This document shows, piece after piece, positions 27,880 to 41,800 of a stretch of 64,000 bases of DNA; within the stretch, counting starts at the first letter, position 1; each line of letters begins with the position of its first letter. The notes under the pieces are model-generated. The model searched no databases and had not been told where the DNA came from. It saw only the letters and a program-made list of their open reading frames with translations. The DNA comes from Nymphaea colorata (Eukaryota). The translations under genes and the position numbers were made by a program. Location: positions 18,228,001 through 18,292,000 of the forward strand of contig NC_045138.2 of assembly GCF_008831285.2 (NCBI RefSeq), in the 5' to 3' direction.

Positions 27880-28085
27880 AGAGGAGACTCAAAAGAGAGA
27901 AGGAGGAGAGACGGAGGAGAAAGAGAGAAAGAAAAAGGGCGAGGGCAACTCGGGGGCGGAGACGGGGGAAGAGAGAAAGAAAAAGGGTGAGGGCAACTCG
28001 GGGGCGGAGACGGTGAAGAGGGAAAGAAAAAGGGTGAGGGCAACTGGGGGCGGAGACGGGGGAAAGACGGAGGCGGAGGAAAAGG
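27880..28085. repeat. GA-rich minisatellite, ~48-bp unit, 3-4 copies
   Basis: 'gaaaaagggYgagggcaactcgggggcggagacgg' repeated. Confidence 0.85.
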
Positions 28086-29958
28086 GGCAGGCTCACAAGC
28101 CGCCATCAAACGTCTTATCATGCCTGTGGAGATAACGTTGAGATAACGTTGTTTGTTTTCAGTTATTGTGTTTGTTGGAGTCTTGGAAAGTGTGCATTGT
28201 GCTCTTTTAAGGTCGTCTTATCATGCCATTTATTTTTTTATTATTCTTTTTCTCTTTTTTACCAAATGAGCCTCCAGCAAACCCCAATCAAATTATTGGA
28301 AGATAGAATACCTGCAATGTAAACATGCATCTTATTAATGATGCTCCAGCTTGTGGAGATTGCAACCTCAATCGGGCAACCTTCTGAAAACCAGCGCTAT
28401 ACACAACGAGGGGTGAAAAAAAAATTTTATTAAAGAGAATTAGTAATAAATTTTGACTTTAAAATGTCATTATAAAATCAAGTATTTTATGTAGCCCATT
28501 CCCTTTTTTTGATTGATATATACAAGTTTTTGGAATCAAATTTGAATTCAAATCTCATGCCAGTTTTGCAAATTATATTGGTTGATTTCTTAACTTTCTC
28601 CTTTATTGAATAGGAAAACCGTCGTCTTGATTTTATTAGTTTTATCACTTGCTCCTAATACGCTTGAGATTGTGTGGGCTGGAGAAACGTCTTCCCAGCT
28701 GGCATTGGTTTCTTTTATTGTGCCTGATCTGATCTGGTGCTTTAATAGTTGGCGTCGATTTGTCATTTTCATTAGAAATTTTTAGGTCCTTCCTACACTA
28801 TTTTTGACGGCTGATTTTATGGAAGGATGAGCTGAGCCGTTAGCTGTTGGTGCGTTATCCTCCAGTACATGCTCTCTTGCCTGATTTGTTCTTCTATTGA
28901 AGATTGCTAGGAGGGAGGCATTATCATTTGATGCGTTATCAAGAACTAAATCTATGACAATGGGAAATAAAGGAATAAAATGATAAAAAAGGCACATGCA
29001 TGGAGAAGTCCTTTGCTACCTTCATATCAAAAAACCGATTCAACAATTACAGTCTCGTACAAAGAAACAGATATGCAAAGCATTTTAATCATGGGGAGGA
29101 ATGAATTTGATGGTTGACAATATTGGCACTAATTCACTATAATGTTCTTTATGATTGAAAAGAGTTTAACTTTTATTGCTGCAACAGATAGTGCAGCTCT
29201 GACAGCAGCATTATGTCATAAGTCTAAATTCACGATCATTTAAATCATGATAATTGAGTTTGGACGCTGCACATCAAAGCACTTTTTTGTTTTGCATTAT
29301 CAGTGTACGATGTATTAATTTATTATTCATCCAATCATCAATCATAATATAAATGGCATTTTCAAAATATATAAGTTCTTTCTTCGTATCCATAAGCTGC
29401 AGTTTGGTAGACTTCTAGCAGAGTTGGTCTCCTCGTGATATGCATTTCAAAAGGGCATCTAAGTATATTGGAACTACAGGCATATCACGAGGACCAATGC
29501 CATACTTTGGAAACAACTTGGATTCTAGTAATCCAACTATATTGAAAATGGGATCTGAAGGAATTTGATGAATAAAAGAAAAAATAAAAAAAGTATCATG
29601 CCATATGTTATTTACTTCTTTTGGTCTTTTCTAGATCTAAAGGTTAGACTGTTCAGCCCACCCCTAAAAATAAAATCATGGCTCCGCCCCTACTCCGGTC
29701 ATGGTGAAAAGGAGGAAGAGGCGAAAGCGAGGGAGTCTTATGAGGAAAAGTTGGATTGATGAGAGAGAAAGTATTAAAAAAAATAAAATAAGGCAGCATG
29801 ATGGTCGTTCGATTTCAAAATTGTCGGTCTTCATCAGCTGTCTACTTCACAAACAAAAATCTCGAGTCATGGTTCAGTGTCTACCTAAATGATTTTCTTA
29901 TTTGTTGAAACAAGTTACTCACCCTGTTGAGAGCAGGAAGTTTCATATTTCATGCAGG

Positions 29959-30220
29959 TCATAACTTGCTTAAAGAAATATATAACTAATTAATTGAAAA
30001 TGTTTTTCTCCACATATATGTTATAAGGAGACATTAATTTGTCCACCAAAAGAAAATTATCACAAATTATGATTCTGCGATTGCATTAGTCATAACTTGC
30101 TTAAAGAAATATATAACTAATTAATTGAAAATGTTTTTCTCCACATATATGTTATAAGGAGACATTAATTTGTCCAACAAAAGAAAACTTTCACAACTTA
30201 TGATTCTGCCATTGCATTAG
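29959..30220. repeat. Tandem duplication, 131-bp period
   Basis: 'tcataacttgcttaaagaaatatataactaat...ttgcattag' occurs twice. Confidence 0.9.
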
Positions 30221-31683
30221 ACATGACCTTCATTAGACATGCAACGACTGAAATAGCAAGAGATAAAGATGAAGATATGCGACACCAGATGTCTTGCCAA
30301 GTACATGCTACAAAGGTGACATCATCTCTGGTAAATAGAAAGCTAATAACTCATTGCTTAAGGAAATGCCCAATGACCACCTTTCCCAACTCCTCAAGTT
30401 ATGGGTTGCATGATTGCATGGGGGATTTGGGTGGGGTATGGTTCACCCTTTAAGAAATGTTACGATCCCATTATTTACAGTTTTGAGAGAGTAGCATCTG
30501 CAAAAATCAAATTGACGATGTGTCTTTTACACAGTTCACCTATCCGTATGCTACCTGTCATCATAAAGACATTTTTAAACAAAAATTCTCATTTTTCTTC
30601 ATCTAGATTCTGCTGGTTACAGTTTGCTGCTGCTCGTGGTTCGCAAGAGGCTAAGCCACCCATCCTTCCGGCTTTCCTAAGGTCCAAGGTCGCTTAGGGA
30701 CCTCACAAACATATCAATTAATAGTACACGTATATAGCAGAGACTCTTTTTCCCTTCCGGGATGTACAGTCGATGCCATCACCGGGGCAAATTAAAACAA
30801 TCACTCCGTAACTGTGAACTACCAATTTCCATGTCTTCGAATCCAAGAACTGGACATGTTCTTCCATAACTAGAACTCTTGCAATAACCATAAAAGGGAA
30901 ACACGATACCTGGAGCGTTGCCATCAACGCTGCAGTCATGAACCATAACAGGAAACCAAGCTGAAGAGAATCTTCAAGACTTCAAAGCTCGACAACAGAC
31001 AGAGAGAACAAATTTTCACCCATCAAATGCTTAAAGGTATTACACAATTCTTGATGACCCCAACCAAAGTGGGTTCATATGTTTCCCGTGTTTCATACCT
31101 GGTTTTCTGTATCCAGAAGCAATATAATAAAGTCAGGATATGACCATGATCATTTGACGGATGAAATTGCATATGTAGCTTCTCGACAAATAAAATTAGC
31201 GTGTGCACTATTTGAAAGTGAAAAAAGAAGATTAAGGCTATCAAAGATCAATGCGTAACATTGCATCAGAATAAATTATTCAGAAGGTATGATCAAGACA
31301 TCCCAGTAGGAAAGTAACAGGAAATTTATTTATCATAAACTCAGACAAATTCTTTGTCATTACCTTGAGTCTCTCTCTCTCTCTTTTCTCCTTAAGTCTT
31401 TGGGGGCTTGCTTGGAGTTTCCTTTTGTGTGTGTGTGTTTACAGACTAATAAGAGTCACTTTTATCTGACCTAGGCAATGCATCCAATTAGCCTCCACAA
31501 TTTTTGTGGCTATTCACAAAACTATTTGCAAGAACGAGTTCAGTATGTCAAAAGATGTAAGGTTTCTAGTAATAATGAATAGGAGTACTAATAAAATCCT
31601 GCCGCCTAGATGAGAGTGGAAGTACCCCCTTTTGCCTTGCCCCTATTAATGGTGTTAGTGTAGAGATAGTTGTCAATTGGGTT

Positions 31684-32846
31684 CACTACAAAAACAAAAA
31701 AAGAGTCATAAACCGGCGTGTTTATACCGTGTCACATAAGGTAAATTGGAGAAATAAAAGTATATTAAACGTTGGGGATGGTAGTGCCTTATTAAATAAA
31801 TGATATTTAATGAGTAATTCTGTTGTGAGGGTCTTCATCGACAAGGTTTTCTTATGACGCTTTATCCATGTCACTAATAGTAAATTTTAACTGATGTTGC
31901 TATTAATGTCAACAAAGTCTTTAACGATATAGTCTTCAGTTTTCTTTAGCGTCAAAAGAACGACACTAAATATTTTATTGATGTTTTCCCTTTGTTTTTT
32001 TACTGACGTTCTTTTAGCCAAGTGAAAAAAAAGGGGGGCTTTACCTCAAGAGGGAGAGAGAACGGAAGGGAGGAGTGAAATAGGGAATCTAAACGAAAAA
32101 AGAGGGTTTTAGCGAAGTGAAAAAAAAAGAGGGCTTTACCATTAGGAACTTTTTGCCGTTGGATGTAAATGATTTAAAAGATTAAAAATGAAAGATAAAA
32201 CATAATAAAAGAAAAATAGCGAGGACTGAAATAGGGAATGTGGAGCTTCCCCTACTCTCTCTCCCTCTTCCTGCACAGTCCAGATCCTCTCTCATCTCAT
32301 CTTATCTCAGGTGAATTGCTGATAAGGAGCATGGACTAAACCGCTAAAGTAGAGATTTATGGTAAAAACCCTTCCCTTTCTCTTTTTCTGACATTCGGAA
32401 ATTCGGATCAAAGCACATGCAATTGATTGAATGGAATCCTTGGATTTAAAAAAAAAATGATATCATAAGCAAAATATAGAGCCAAGCGCTTGAAGTCCAT
32501 ACCTAGCATCCTGGGAAGCTCAAGTTGCTTGAAGTTAGCCTTCATTTTCCTAGAGTTTCCTTGTATTTCAATTCCATATATAGTTTAGGACTTGTTTGTG
32601 CTGAGTATGTTAAAACTTCTTGTGTCAAGTCTGTGCTACTTCAATTGGTCTGTCTTGATTTTAGTTTGTTCAACATTGTTTCAATCAATTTTGGAGTATG
32701 TTTCAGTAGTGTTATTGCTTAGGAAAACGTGAAACTAGGCTCCTCAAGTCTGTCTTAGGATAGACTAGTATTTTATATTCCATTTAGTTAACGGTTCCAT
32801 GCTTGCCATACATTAGCTTGTTATGTCGTGTTAATTTTTTGTAGTG
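31684..32846. mobile_element. Probable non-autonomous CACTA derivative
   Basis: Starts CACTACAAAAA and ends TTTTTGTAGTG. The 3-bp flanks GTT/TTT are imperfect. gacgc/gcgtc/gacacta subterminal-like motifs are present. Confidence 0.5.
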
Positions 32847-33758
32847 TTTCATTAATTGTTCTCTCATTGATTATTTTTTATTGTTAATGGAGCATTTAAG
32901 CCCTTTCTTTATATGGTTTTTCAGTACGTAGACATTTTCTTTGTAGGATCTGTGAGCCAATTCTCCACATCTTAATTCTTTTCCATCATCGTGAGTGAGC
33001 ATTTTACAGCTGACCGTGCTGAGCTGAAAACACAAGTTGTTTCACGTATTTTATATTGAAAGCTGAGTTTATTGCTTCACCTTCAGTTCTATTAAAATGC
33101 ATTTCTAATTCTTGATATTCTGTATTTGTCAAAGGAAGTGCTCTTTCAGAGAGACTTGCAAAACATAGAAAATCTTCATGATTTTCTTTCCAAGTTCTTC
33201 AAGATATTGAACATATTAATGCACTTTTTGTTAAAACATGTTTAGCAATACAAGATTATGTTCTACATATTTTGCTAGAAGTTATTTAGGATAGGATCCT
33301 TTAATAAAATCTATTCGTTTAAAATGGAATATAACTGAGACATGCCAAAAACCTATAGTTGCAATGCTATGGTTATTGTGATATTTTTTTTACATGCACT
33401 GATAGAAGGTATTTGTTAAAGGGAGGAAACAATTGAGACAAATCAGCAGCTTGAATTGTGATGATTTTAGCTAATGATAGAATTTGTTAAAAGATGCATG
33501 TTATCCATAACATGGACATAGAAAATTGGACAAGTATGAACTACATTTATTTGATCAGTTTTTGTGTGGCCAGTCGTAACTTTGATCAAACCGATGTACT
33601 TTTTGAGACCAATTTTAACTTACTGCTCATAATTGTAGCTATTTGACTTGCTTTTAACATAATGTTTATTTTAATTTTACAAGTTTTTTTCATTTACTGC
33701 GGATTAGTTCCGCCTAATCCAAAAATCTCTCTGCCATCGCAGGGGAGGGGATTGAGTT

Positions 33759-34303
33759 ATGATCATCAGGAAATAGAAGGCAAACCCCGCAACCAAGCGG
33801 GCCATTAGCTCTATCTGGAAGAAGATCACCACCCTCCGCAAATCGAAGGCAAACCCCGCAACCAAGCGGGCCATTAGCTCTATCTGGAGGAAGATCACCA
33901 CCCTCCCCACGCTCAAGCAAATTCATGCTCACATGGTTGTCCATGGCTTCAACAGCGATGCCTCTGCGCTGCGAGAGCTTGTTTTGCCTGTGTCATCACC
34001 ATCCCTGGCAACATGCATTACGCCCGGAATATCTTCGGCCATGTCCTGAGACCGGAGGTTTTCATCTGGAACACCATGATCAGAGGTTTCTCTCAAAATT
34101 CGGTGCCATTGAGGCCATTTTTCTGTACTCCCAGATGGAGAAATCTCATGTGAAACCAGATAGCTTCACGTTCCCTTTTCTTCTGAAGGCATGCTCGAAG
34201 TTAGGATCTATTTCTGTCGGTAACCAAGTGCACTGTCGTGCTCTAAACCTGGGGCGTCAATCGGATGTGTTTGTAAGGAACTCTCTCATCCACTTGAATG
34301 CAG
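33759..34303 (+). pseudogene. 5' fragment of a PLS-class PPR gene (resembles Arabidopsis At5g15300 type)
   Basis: Across three frames: 'TLKQIHAHMVVHGFNSDASALRELV', 'PGNMHYARNIFGHVLRPEVFIWNTMIRGFSQ', and 'AIFLYSQMEKSHVKPDSFTFPFLLKACSKLGSISVGNQVHCRALNLGRQSDVFVRNSLIH'. There is an early TAG, two frameshifts, a 69-bp tandem duplication (33771-33907), and truncation at ~34303. Confidence 0.85.
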
Positions 34304-34315
34304 GTAGCGGATGTG

Positions 34316-35510
34316 TTTCTTCCCCGGCCATTCTCCATTCGTTTCCGTTTTCCATGTAAACTCCACCCCACCATCAGGAATGCTAGTTTGAGAATTCTCC
34401 GGCTAACAGTCCCATCATTTCCTTTAAATTTTTGAATTTCCAGTCCCTTCACTCCCATCCCATTAGTCCGCCTGCTTTTTTTCCCATGAACCAATGGCCG
34501 TCTAATGTGCTTTTCAGATTAACCGCAACCATCCATCGACCTTCCTTTCACGCCTACATCGGACCAGAGCAGCTTGATGCAATCGCGAAAGGAAGGTTGA
34601 TTGATGGCTACGATTCAACTGAAATGAAGGTTAGCCGATCGTTGGTTTAGGGGAAAAAAAGGAGGTGGACTAATGAGAGGGCAGTCAAGGAGAATTCTCA
34701 AACTGTCATGGTAGTGTTTCTGCAGAAACGTGAAAGAATCGAGAATGGCTAGGGAAGAAATCTGCTCACCTCCTCGAAAGAAGAGGCCTTGTCAAAGCTC
34801 GTCTTGTTGGGCTCCCAACTTCAATTCTCTCTACATCCTGAAGAAAAGCAGACAAAGAAATAATAATAATGATAAAAAATTCTGGAACTGCATGCTTCGA
34901 ACTAAGAAAAATTAAAAACACAAAACTTGGGCAGAGATCTCAATGATGTTGATCAAAAGTAGGTTTTAAGATTTTTTATTTACTTCACTCAATCAGTCCA
35001 TACATGGACGGAAGGTTATTCTTTTAGTGCAACAGAAGTGTGATTAGATACTGAAGCGTATGTCCGAGCATCACGAACGTGGATTACCAGACAATTGATG
35101 CAAATAAACTAGACCCTTGGCTGATTAATCTGATTTATCCAATATATTTGATCTAAATTAGAAATGGAAAAAAAAAAAATCTGATTAAGAAACCAGAAAT
35201 TGGATGCGGAATTAAAATGACATCTCATTAAGTTCGGATTAGGATCTGATTTAGTTTAAATAAATATCATATATATAAAATGCTTTTACACTTTGAAAGT
35301 CTGTCAACTTCGATTCAAAATTTAGATTTGAATTCAGATTTGAACGTAAAAAACAGGCTCAGATCGCATTCAATTATGACTTTTCCATATTCACTTAGGT
35401 GTATCGGATTCAAATCCAATCCATTGAGGATCACTATCTGTTTTGATTGGATGCAAAAGAGGCGTGCAATCAATATGCAAGCATGATAAAAGCGTCATAT
35501 TAAGTCACTA
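34316..35510. repeat. Dispersed direct repeat (partner ~51241-52770, which has ~350 extra bp at ~52026-52380)
   Basis: Near-identical ORFs 34432-34650 and 51354-51572, plus continuous nucleotide match. Confidence 0.92.
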
Positions 35511-38500
35511 AAAATAAACCCTAGCAACTATGTTTTCCATTTTTATATATCGTCTCATTGACTTCATTCATTAATATGTATTCGAATTATCCGAATCCGA
35601 ATCATTTAGAACCCTAGCAACATATGTTTTTCTTGGTTCAAAATCAAATTGTATTGCAAACGTAAAACCTAATAAAAGTTCGTGCCTCCTTTAATTTATT
35701 AAAGTTTTGGTCCATCAACAACTTAGTTAAGTAGACATTGAATTTAGGCCTGAGCTTCACCCGAACCAAAAAGTTGGGCCCAGGCCAGAGCCTGACTTGA
35801 CCCGATCATAATAAAATATATCAATATAATATAGGAATATAATAATTATAATGACAATATATATTTAACAAAATAAAATTGTAAATTAGTATGGATTGGA
35901 CTTTCCCTTGGTTTAGCTCATAACAGTGATTACCCAGCTTGAATGGACCAGGCCCGGGTCACAAAATTTGCCGTCGAACCTGCCGGAGCGGCTAGGCTCT
36001 GCTCGGTAACTTATTTACAATTTCATTTTGAAGGTTCAAGGAACCAACCTATCTACTTGCAGAACTCCCCTCTTTCATCTCTCTGGCCATGACGTCGCCA
36101 TCGTCATGCTTTTATTGCTGATCTTCCATTCTCCTCTCTTTCTTCTTTCTTTTGTTCATCCTTTATTTTTCATTTTTACGGGCATTGGGCCGGCCCAACA
36201 TCCAGAAACCAGGCTCGGGCCCGGCACGACTCAAAAAAAGCATGTGCCATAGCCCCGTTAAATATAAAATAATATATAAATATAATTAATTGTAATAAAA
36301 TATTACAAATATATATAAAAATTAATAAAAAAATTTAAAAACAACTATCGAGCCCAAATCGAGCTTATCGAGCCCACTCGGGCTGGGTACTAGGTACCCG
36401 GCGGCTGCACGGCCCAATGCCTAGCCTAACTCTCACACACACATACACACATGTACTGATGTACACACCATGGGCACCCTCAAGTTGTTGCAGACCAGCT
36501 TGATGGTTGCTCCTTAAAACAGAGAGCAAGGAAACAGAAAAGATCTCTCTCTCTCTTTGCTGTAAACCGCTTCACCATTGAACCTGAAGCAAGCGAAATG
36601 GCTTTCTCATTAGCTTTTTTAATATTTCACTGTTCAAACAGGCATCAGCCCCTCGAGACTGACTTGTCTCTCTATGACGGACACCATCAGAAAACAGAGC
36701 AGTAAAGGGGAGCTCAGCTCAAACAACGCTGAAGAACAAGAAACTGGATGTCATATAAGAATCTTGTGAGTCTTAGTCATCATATAGACCGAGCATAGGA
36801 GTGGTGCCAACCAGAGTGTCCACGTCCTTGTAAGCGCAGGATTTGCAGTAAACAACTCCCTCCACGGCCACACGACTGCGAGGAGGCCAATTTGCTCCCT
36901 TCTTAGTTTTATTTATTTTTTTCGTCCATTTTGAGAACCTTAATTAGTTCATACTTCTGTCTCTCTTGCAGAGGCCAATTTGCTCTTATTAAAGTCGCCT
37001 GTTGGGGTGGGATTCTCTTACCAAAACACCTCTTATGATATTCCCAAGCTTGGAGACAGGATCACAGGTATATTCTTCTTCTGGACCTTTCATCAGTGGC
37101 TGTTGCTTAAAACATTTCAGTATAATTATAGGATATTTCATACCTAACGCGTATCTCATAAAATATGATCTAAAACATTGTCAAAAATATCATCCTTGGG
37201 TTTGGCCTGTGCTCTTGCGCTCGTGTTAGTAGAGAGTTTGTCTTATATTTCTTTCCTTCTGGACTTGAAAAGGAAATGTGAGTGAAAATCCCTTGCACTT
37301 ACATGATGGGGATAGTGGGAGGAGAGTCGCAAGGTAACAGTCAACTAAATGATAGGAAATTTGAACAGGAAATTTTGAACATAAAGATCAAGTTATATTC
37401 TAAGAAAAGAGCCTTACTGTTTTCTTGCTGCTGAGTTATTTTATTGTGCTGACAAACAAGGTTGGGTGAACTCTGTACCCATGTTTCAAAGATCCCTTTT
37501 CATAAACAGGCATGATTAAGCATGATTTGTGAAACAAAACTCGCCACAACAGATGTACATAGAATGTGAATTCACTGTAAAAGAGAACCTCATCTTACCC
37601 GTAGCCTCATCACAGTTGAGCCATGTGCTTGCAGATCCTGTCAACTTCATAATGGGGCCACTTTAGTGTCTTCATACTGTACATAAACGTGCATTATTGG
37701 ATTTGCTGGCTTGTTTCTCAGGTCTAAAAGGAGCAAACGTATCTCAACGGATTGTCATGGGCCACTTCCAATACCAACATAGCAAAACCCGGTTTATCAT
37801 ATTTTTCACCAGATCCAACTGAACATATTCCAATTACGGTTGGCATCTGAATGATACCGGCCCATTAACATGTCCAGTAATACCTTAACTCGGGTTCATC
37901 TGTTCAAATAGTTGCAGGAAGAAATAATGTGCCCTTTTCGGCTGGTTCTCTTGTGCCTTTGTGGGATGATATTGTGTATTACCTAGTAGCTTCTTGAGAT
38001 AAGATTAAAATGTTACAAAAATTCAACTAGTAAATCGGATCTAATAGATTTGAAGATTAATAATGTAGCATTTATACGTCATAAATTTTGGTACATCATA
38101 GTTTTATGTTCCTTTTTGTTCCTATATTTTTGAACTTTATAATTACATTTTTTTATTGTCTTTTCTATGCCTTTCTTTTCTTTTTCACGCTCTCACATAC
38201 TCTTTCTCAATTTTTTGTTTTTCTATCTCTCATTTTCTCATTTGGCAACCCTCATTCCACCCTAAGATTGGTGGATTTTAGGAAATAGAGAAGACATGCA
38301 GCCCCAAAATGGGACTGGTTTTACTCGTTATCTATATATATTGTGGTTTGATTTTTTTCCAGGTCATGATATTAATTTGACATTGCTTTTGATAAAAAAA
38401 AAAGGCCTGCCTTTTTAATTATATGTCGTTGTCTTTATATTCCATGTTTCTACTACATCTAGAAGCAGTTCATAAATTTAATATTTAATTCCTTTGCTTT

Positions 38501-38889
38501 TTTACAATGACGAATCAACGGGTTGCACCCCATGTCAAAATCTAGCTAAATTGGCACTGGTCATGGCTTGAAATTGGAAGGTTCCACCTTGAATTCAGTT
38601 CATTTAATTTTTCAGCTTATGCTAAGTTAACTTTAATGTGAAATAAACATTTACAAGTGACCAATTTACTATGTTCATACTTGCGACATAGACCAGCTAT
38701 GCAGATCTAACCCTGTGAGTTTATTCTATAATGGAAAAACCATGTACACTAGACAAGAGGAACGTATTGTATGAAGACAGAACAATAGTGCGATCTACAA
38801 GAGATTCTGCCCAATGGACAGCAATCAAACAACCTCTTAAGGGTAATTATGTATATATACCACTCAAATATATCAAAGCATTTATGCAC

Positions 38890-41800
38890 TTATTCCCCAC
38901 TGGACCCAAATAACTCGAGCAGCTGGAGGAATAGGTTGATGATGTCCATATAGATGACACCCAGCGAAGCCCAACTGTTATCGTCATGGCTGTGTGTCTT
39001 GAGGAGGTTGCTTGTATCATAAATGATGTATCCACTGAATAGGACTGTCCTGTGAATGCTGAAGATTATGGGGATGATTTTGCCAAAGGAAAAAAAGACC
39101 TGATAAAAACAAAGCACAACCGCAATTCAATGCTTTGGACAAAATAAATCAAAAGAAAATGGAATGAAAATTTTAGTTGCAGGCATACCCTCATGATGCC
39201 AAGGCAAACAAGAGACATCAAAGAGCAAAAGAGGAAAGTCCCCTCAAATTGTGTGTCATGGACCCGATTTGTTGCCCAAAATACATAGAGAGTCAAGCTC
39301 ACGGCTAGCAAAACCGTTACACTCACAGCTTCGAGGACAATCCTGCCTGCTCCAGCCAACAGAAAAAATTAAATGAAATTTTCACAGGAAAAGTTGCAGA
39401 ATTTTACTAAGCAACATTGATAATATGTGACGATTCGAAGGGGCGTCATATTACTATTGGTTGAATGCATGAAACATTATATGGATCATGAAGGAAAACC
39501 TATAGGTCACACTCTTGTGTTGATAGAATATTACTCAACGATAGGAAAGGTAAAATTTTCCAGCCATCCATACTTCTCTTCAATCACGACTGCCGGTTAC
39601 AATACTGTCCGATATAATATTGTCTGGTGTATCAATGAAAATGGCTGGTGCGGCGACTGTGAGAGGCCAGAAGATGTCTCTGTAGCATAAGAAAATAAAC
39701 GAGAAACTGAAACTATGTGAGGGACCATTTGTTGCTTTGTTAAGACAGGGAATATGTGAGTGCCCCGGCAAATCAACTGTTCATCCGGAATGAAAATCCA
39801 AGTTTTCAGTTGGGCCGCTTGATGGCCTGGAAATTTACTATACACCAAGAAATAAAAATCAATTTTTTGAAATCCATCCTGTTTATCAAACAAGAGCCGT
39901 TGAGGCCGATTCCTGAAACATCTTTCTAGAATTCCCCTTGATAGGTCGGACGGAAATTCCAGGATGAAAAATAAGACCGTTGCTTCCTGCGATGGGCTGG
40001 GAGGCAACCGCCAAAAAACTTACTCTCCAGTCTCCATGGATGCGAGGCTATGTGCTTCTAGCATCCATCTCCCATTTCCAGAAACTAGCTGCTTTGGTTA
40101 TAAAGATGAACAAAGCCAAAACAAAAACCAATGAGTACATAAGCTATATATGAGATAAGCAAAAGCCATGTTTGTTTCCACATATTCTGATTATCCAACA
40201 GGAACTTTCAATGACTCGATTTGAGAACAGAAATTAGCTTCGAATCAATAAAAGGAAAAACCAATAATGTGGAAATCAGGGGTTCAGATGGAGGTCGGCT
40301 CGAACATGGGAGGCAGACGGCCTTACCACCGGATTGAAGATGGTCGTCGTCTCGAACATGGGAGGCAAACGGCCTTACCACAGGAGTGAAGATGTGGGCC
40401 GGCTGGAACAGGGGACACAGACAGCCTTACCACTGGGGTGATGATAGGGGCCGGCTGGAATGGGGGAGTGACTCGACGTATGTTGTTGGGGTTGAGATGA
40501 GTGTCGACTGGAAGCTCGGCTGCTACTTAGGAGGCAGACAAGCAGCTGCCTGGGTTCAGATGGTGCCAGCTGTTTGATGGGCACAGGCGGGGAAGACGAT
40601 TCTCGCCAAGGTGTGAGGATGCATCCTTACCACTAGCAAATTGTTAGCACCGAAATACTTTCGACAAAGAGGAAGGAGGGTTTCTCCTGGGTGGGGATCA
40701 AGGTTGGCTGCCGGTGAGGAAGATGCCGATCTTCCCCGAGCTCGGTTCCGGGGGTCAGAGTTGGGGAAGGGGGAAGTTCCGTTGAGCGAGGCAGAGAGCG
40801 TCCGCGGGGAGTTAGAGAAAGGGGAACCTCCACAGCGTAGGCAGGCAGCGTCCACAGGAGAGAGCGATCAACGGGGGAGTTGGGGAAGGGGTGACGTCAA
40901 GGACAGCGGACGGTCATCGATTCTCCTTGTGCTCACGGACGGCTAAGATTGTCCTGACGATCTTGCAAATATCTTCCCACTTCCCTTCTCCGCCCAAAGA
41001 AGGAGAAGGAAGTCACTCGGCGAAGGGGAAACCCTTCGAAGGTACGCCTCCTCAGTCATGAATCCGCCTCGTTTCTTTCTTCTCTAGTACGCTATCTCTC
41101 TTTCTCTCTCGTTCTTTCTCATCCTCTGAGTTTAATGTTATAAGGTGACCAACACATTTTGTGTTTCTCTGGGTTTGTGTTGCTATTGATATGTTTAACT
41201 GTATCGGAATCTGTTTTCCTTATTGGGGTCTCTAATGATTTGGTTCTGTATTTGATTGTGGGGAGTTTTCTTTTTGGTTACTGATAAGTGAGACGGTTTT
41301 CATTGCATTGGTAGTCCGATCCTACCAGTGACCTTGTTTAATGAAGGACCAGTGTGGATCTTCAAGGCGAAAAGTTATAATGGCATCTTTGGTATCACGA
41401 GCTTCTATTTGTTAATGTTTGGTGGAAGTGCTTTAGTGATGTTCCTCTGAATCATTTTAAAGTTTGGCAGTGGATGATCTTTGGGTGAAAAGGAAGTCGG
41501 TATTTTTCTTTTTTTTTCTCTATCCCCTTCAAAGGGCACTATGCTACGGATTTAGATAAATCGTTTGGGTAGCCATTGGATCATCTAAGCGTAAATTGTA
41601 AATCGGTGAAGTTACAAGTGGAAATGCAAAGAGCAATATGCTAAACCGCTCATTTCAACCGCTCGATCAAACAGCTGATATCGATTCCCACTCGGCCCGC
41701 TAAGTCGAGAAAAATGAGCAGTTTCGTTTGATAAACCGCTTCCTTTTTCGCGGTTTCTCTCTCCCTCGCTCACTGGAAGAACCCCAAAGTTTTCTATGCC

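Noticed and set aside
27597..28121. 139-140 aa Arg/Glu-rich and Pro/Ser-rich ORFs
   Set aside because: Products of a GA-rich minisatellite open in several frames.
40300..40382. Twice-repeated 'ctcgaacatgggaggca.acggccttaccac' as miR482/2118 sites
   Set aside because: Only a 10-nt core matches and the seed-pairing end is poor. Treated as a local duplication in LFG intron 2.
40375..41060. GC-rich ORF cluster as a gene or as LFG exon 1
   Set aside because: No recognisable homology, and the true LFG exons 1-2 are at 42.3-43.1 kb. Probably an intronic insertion.
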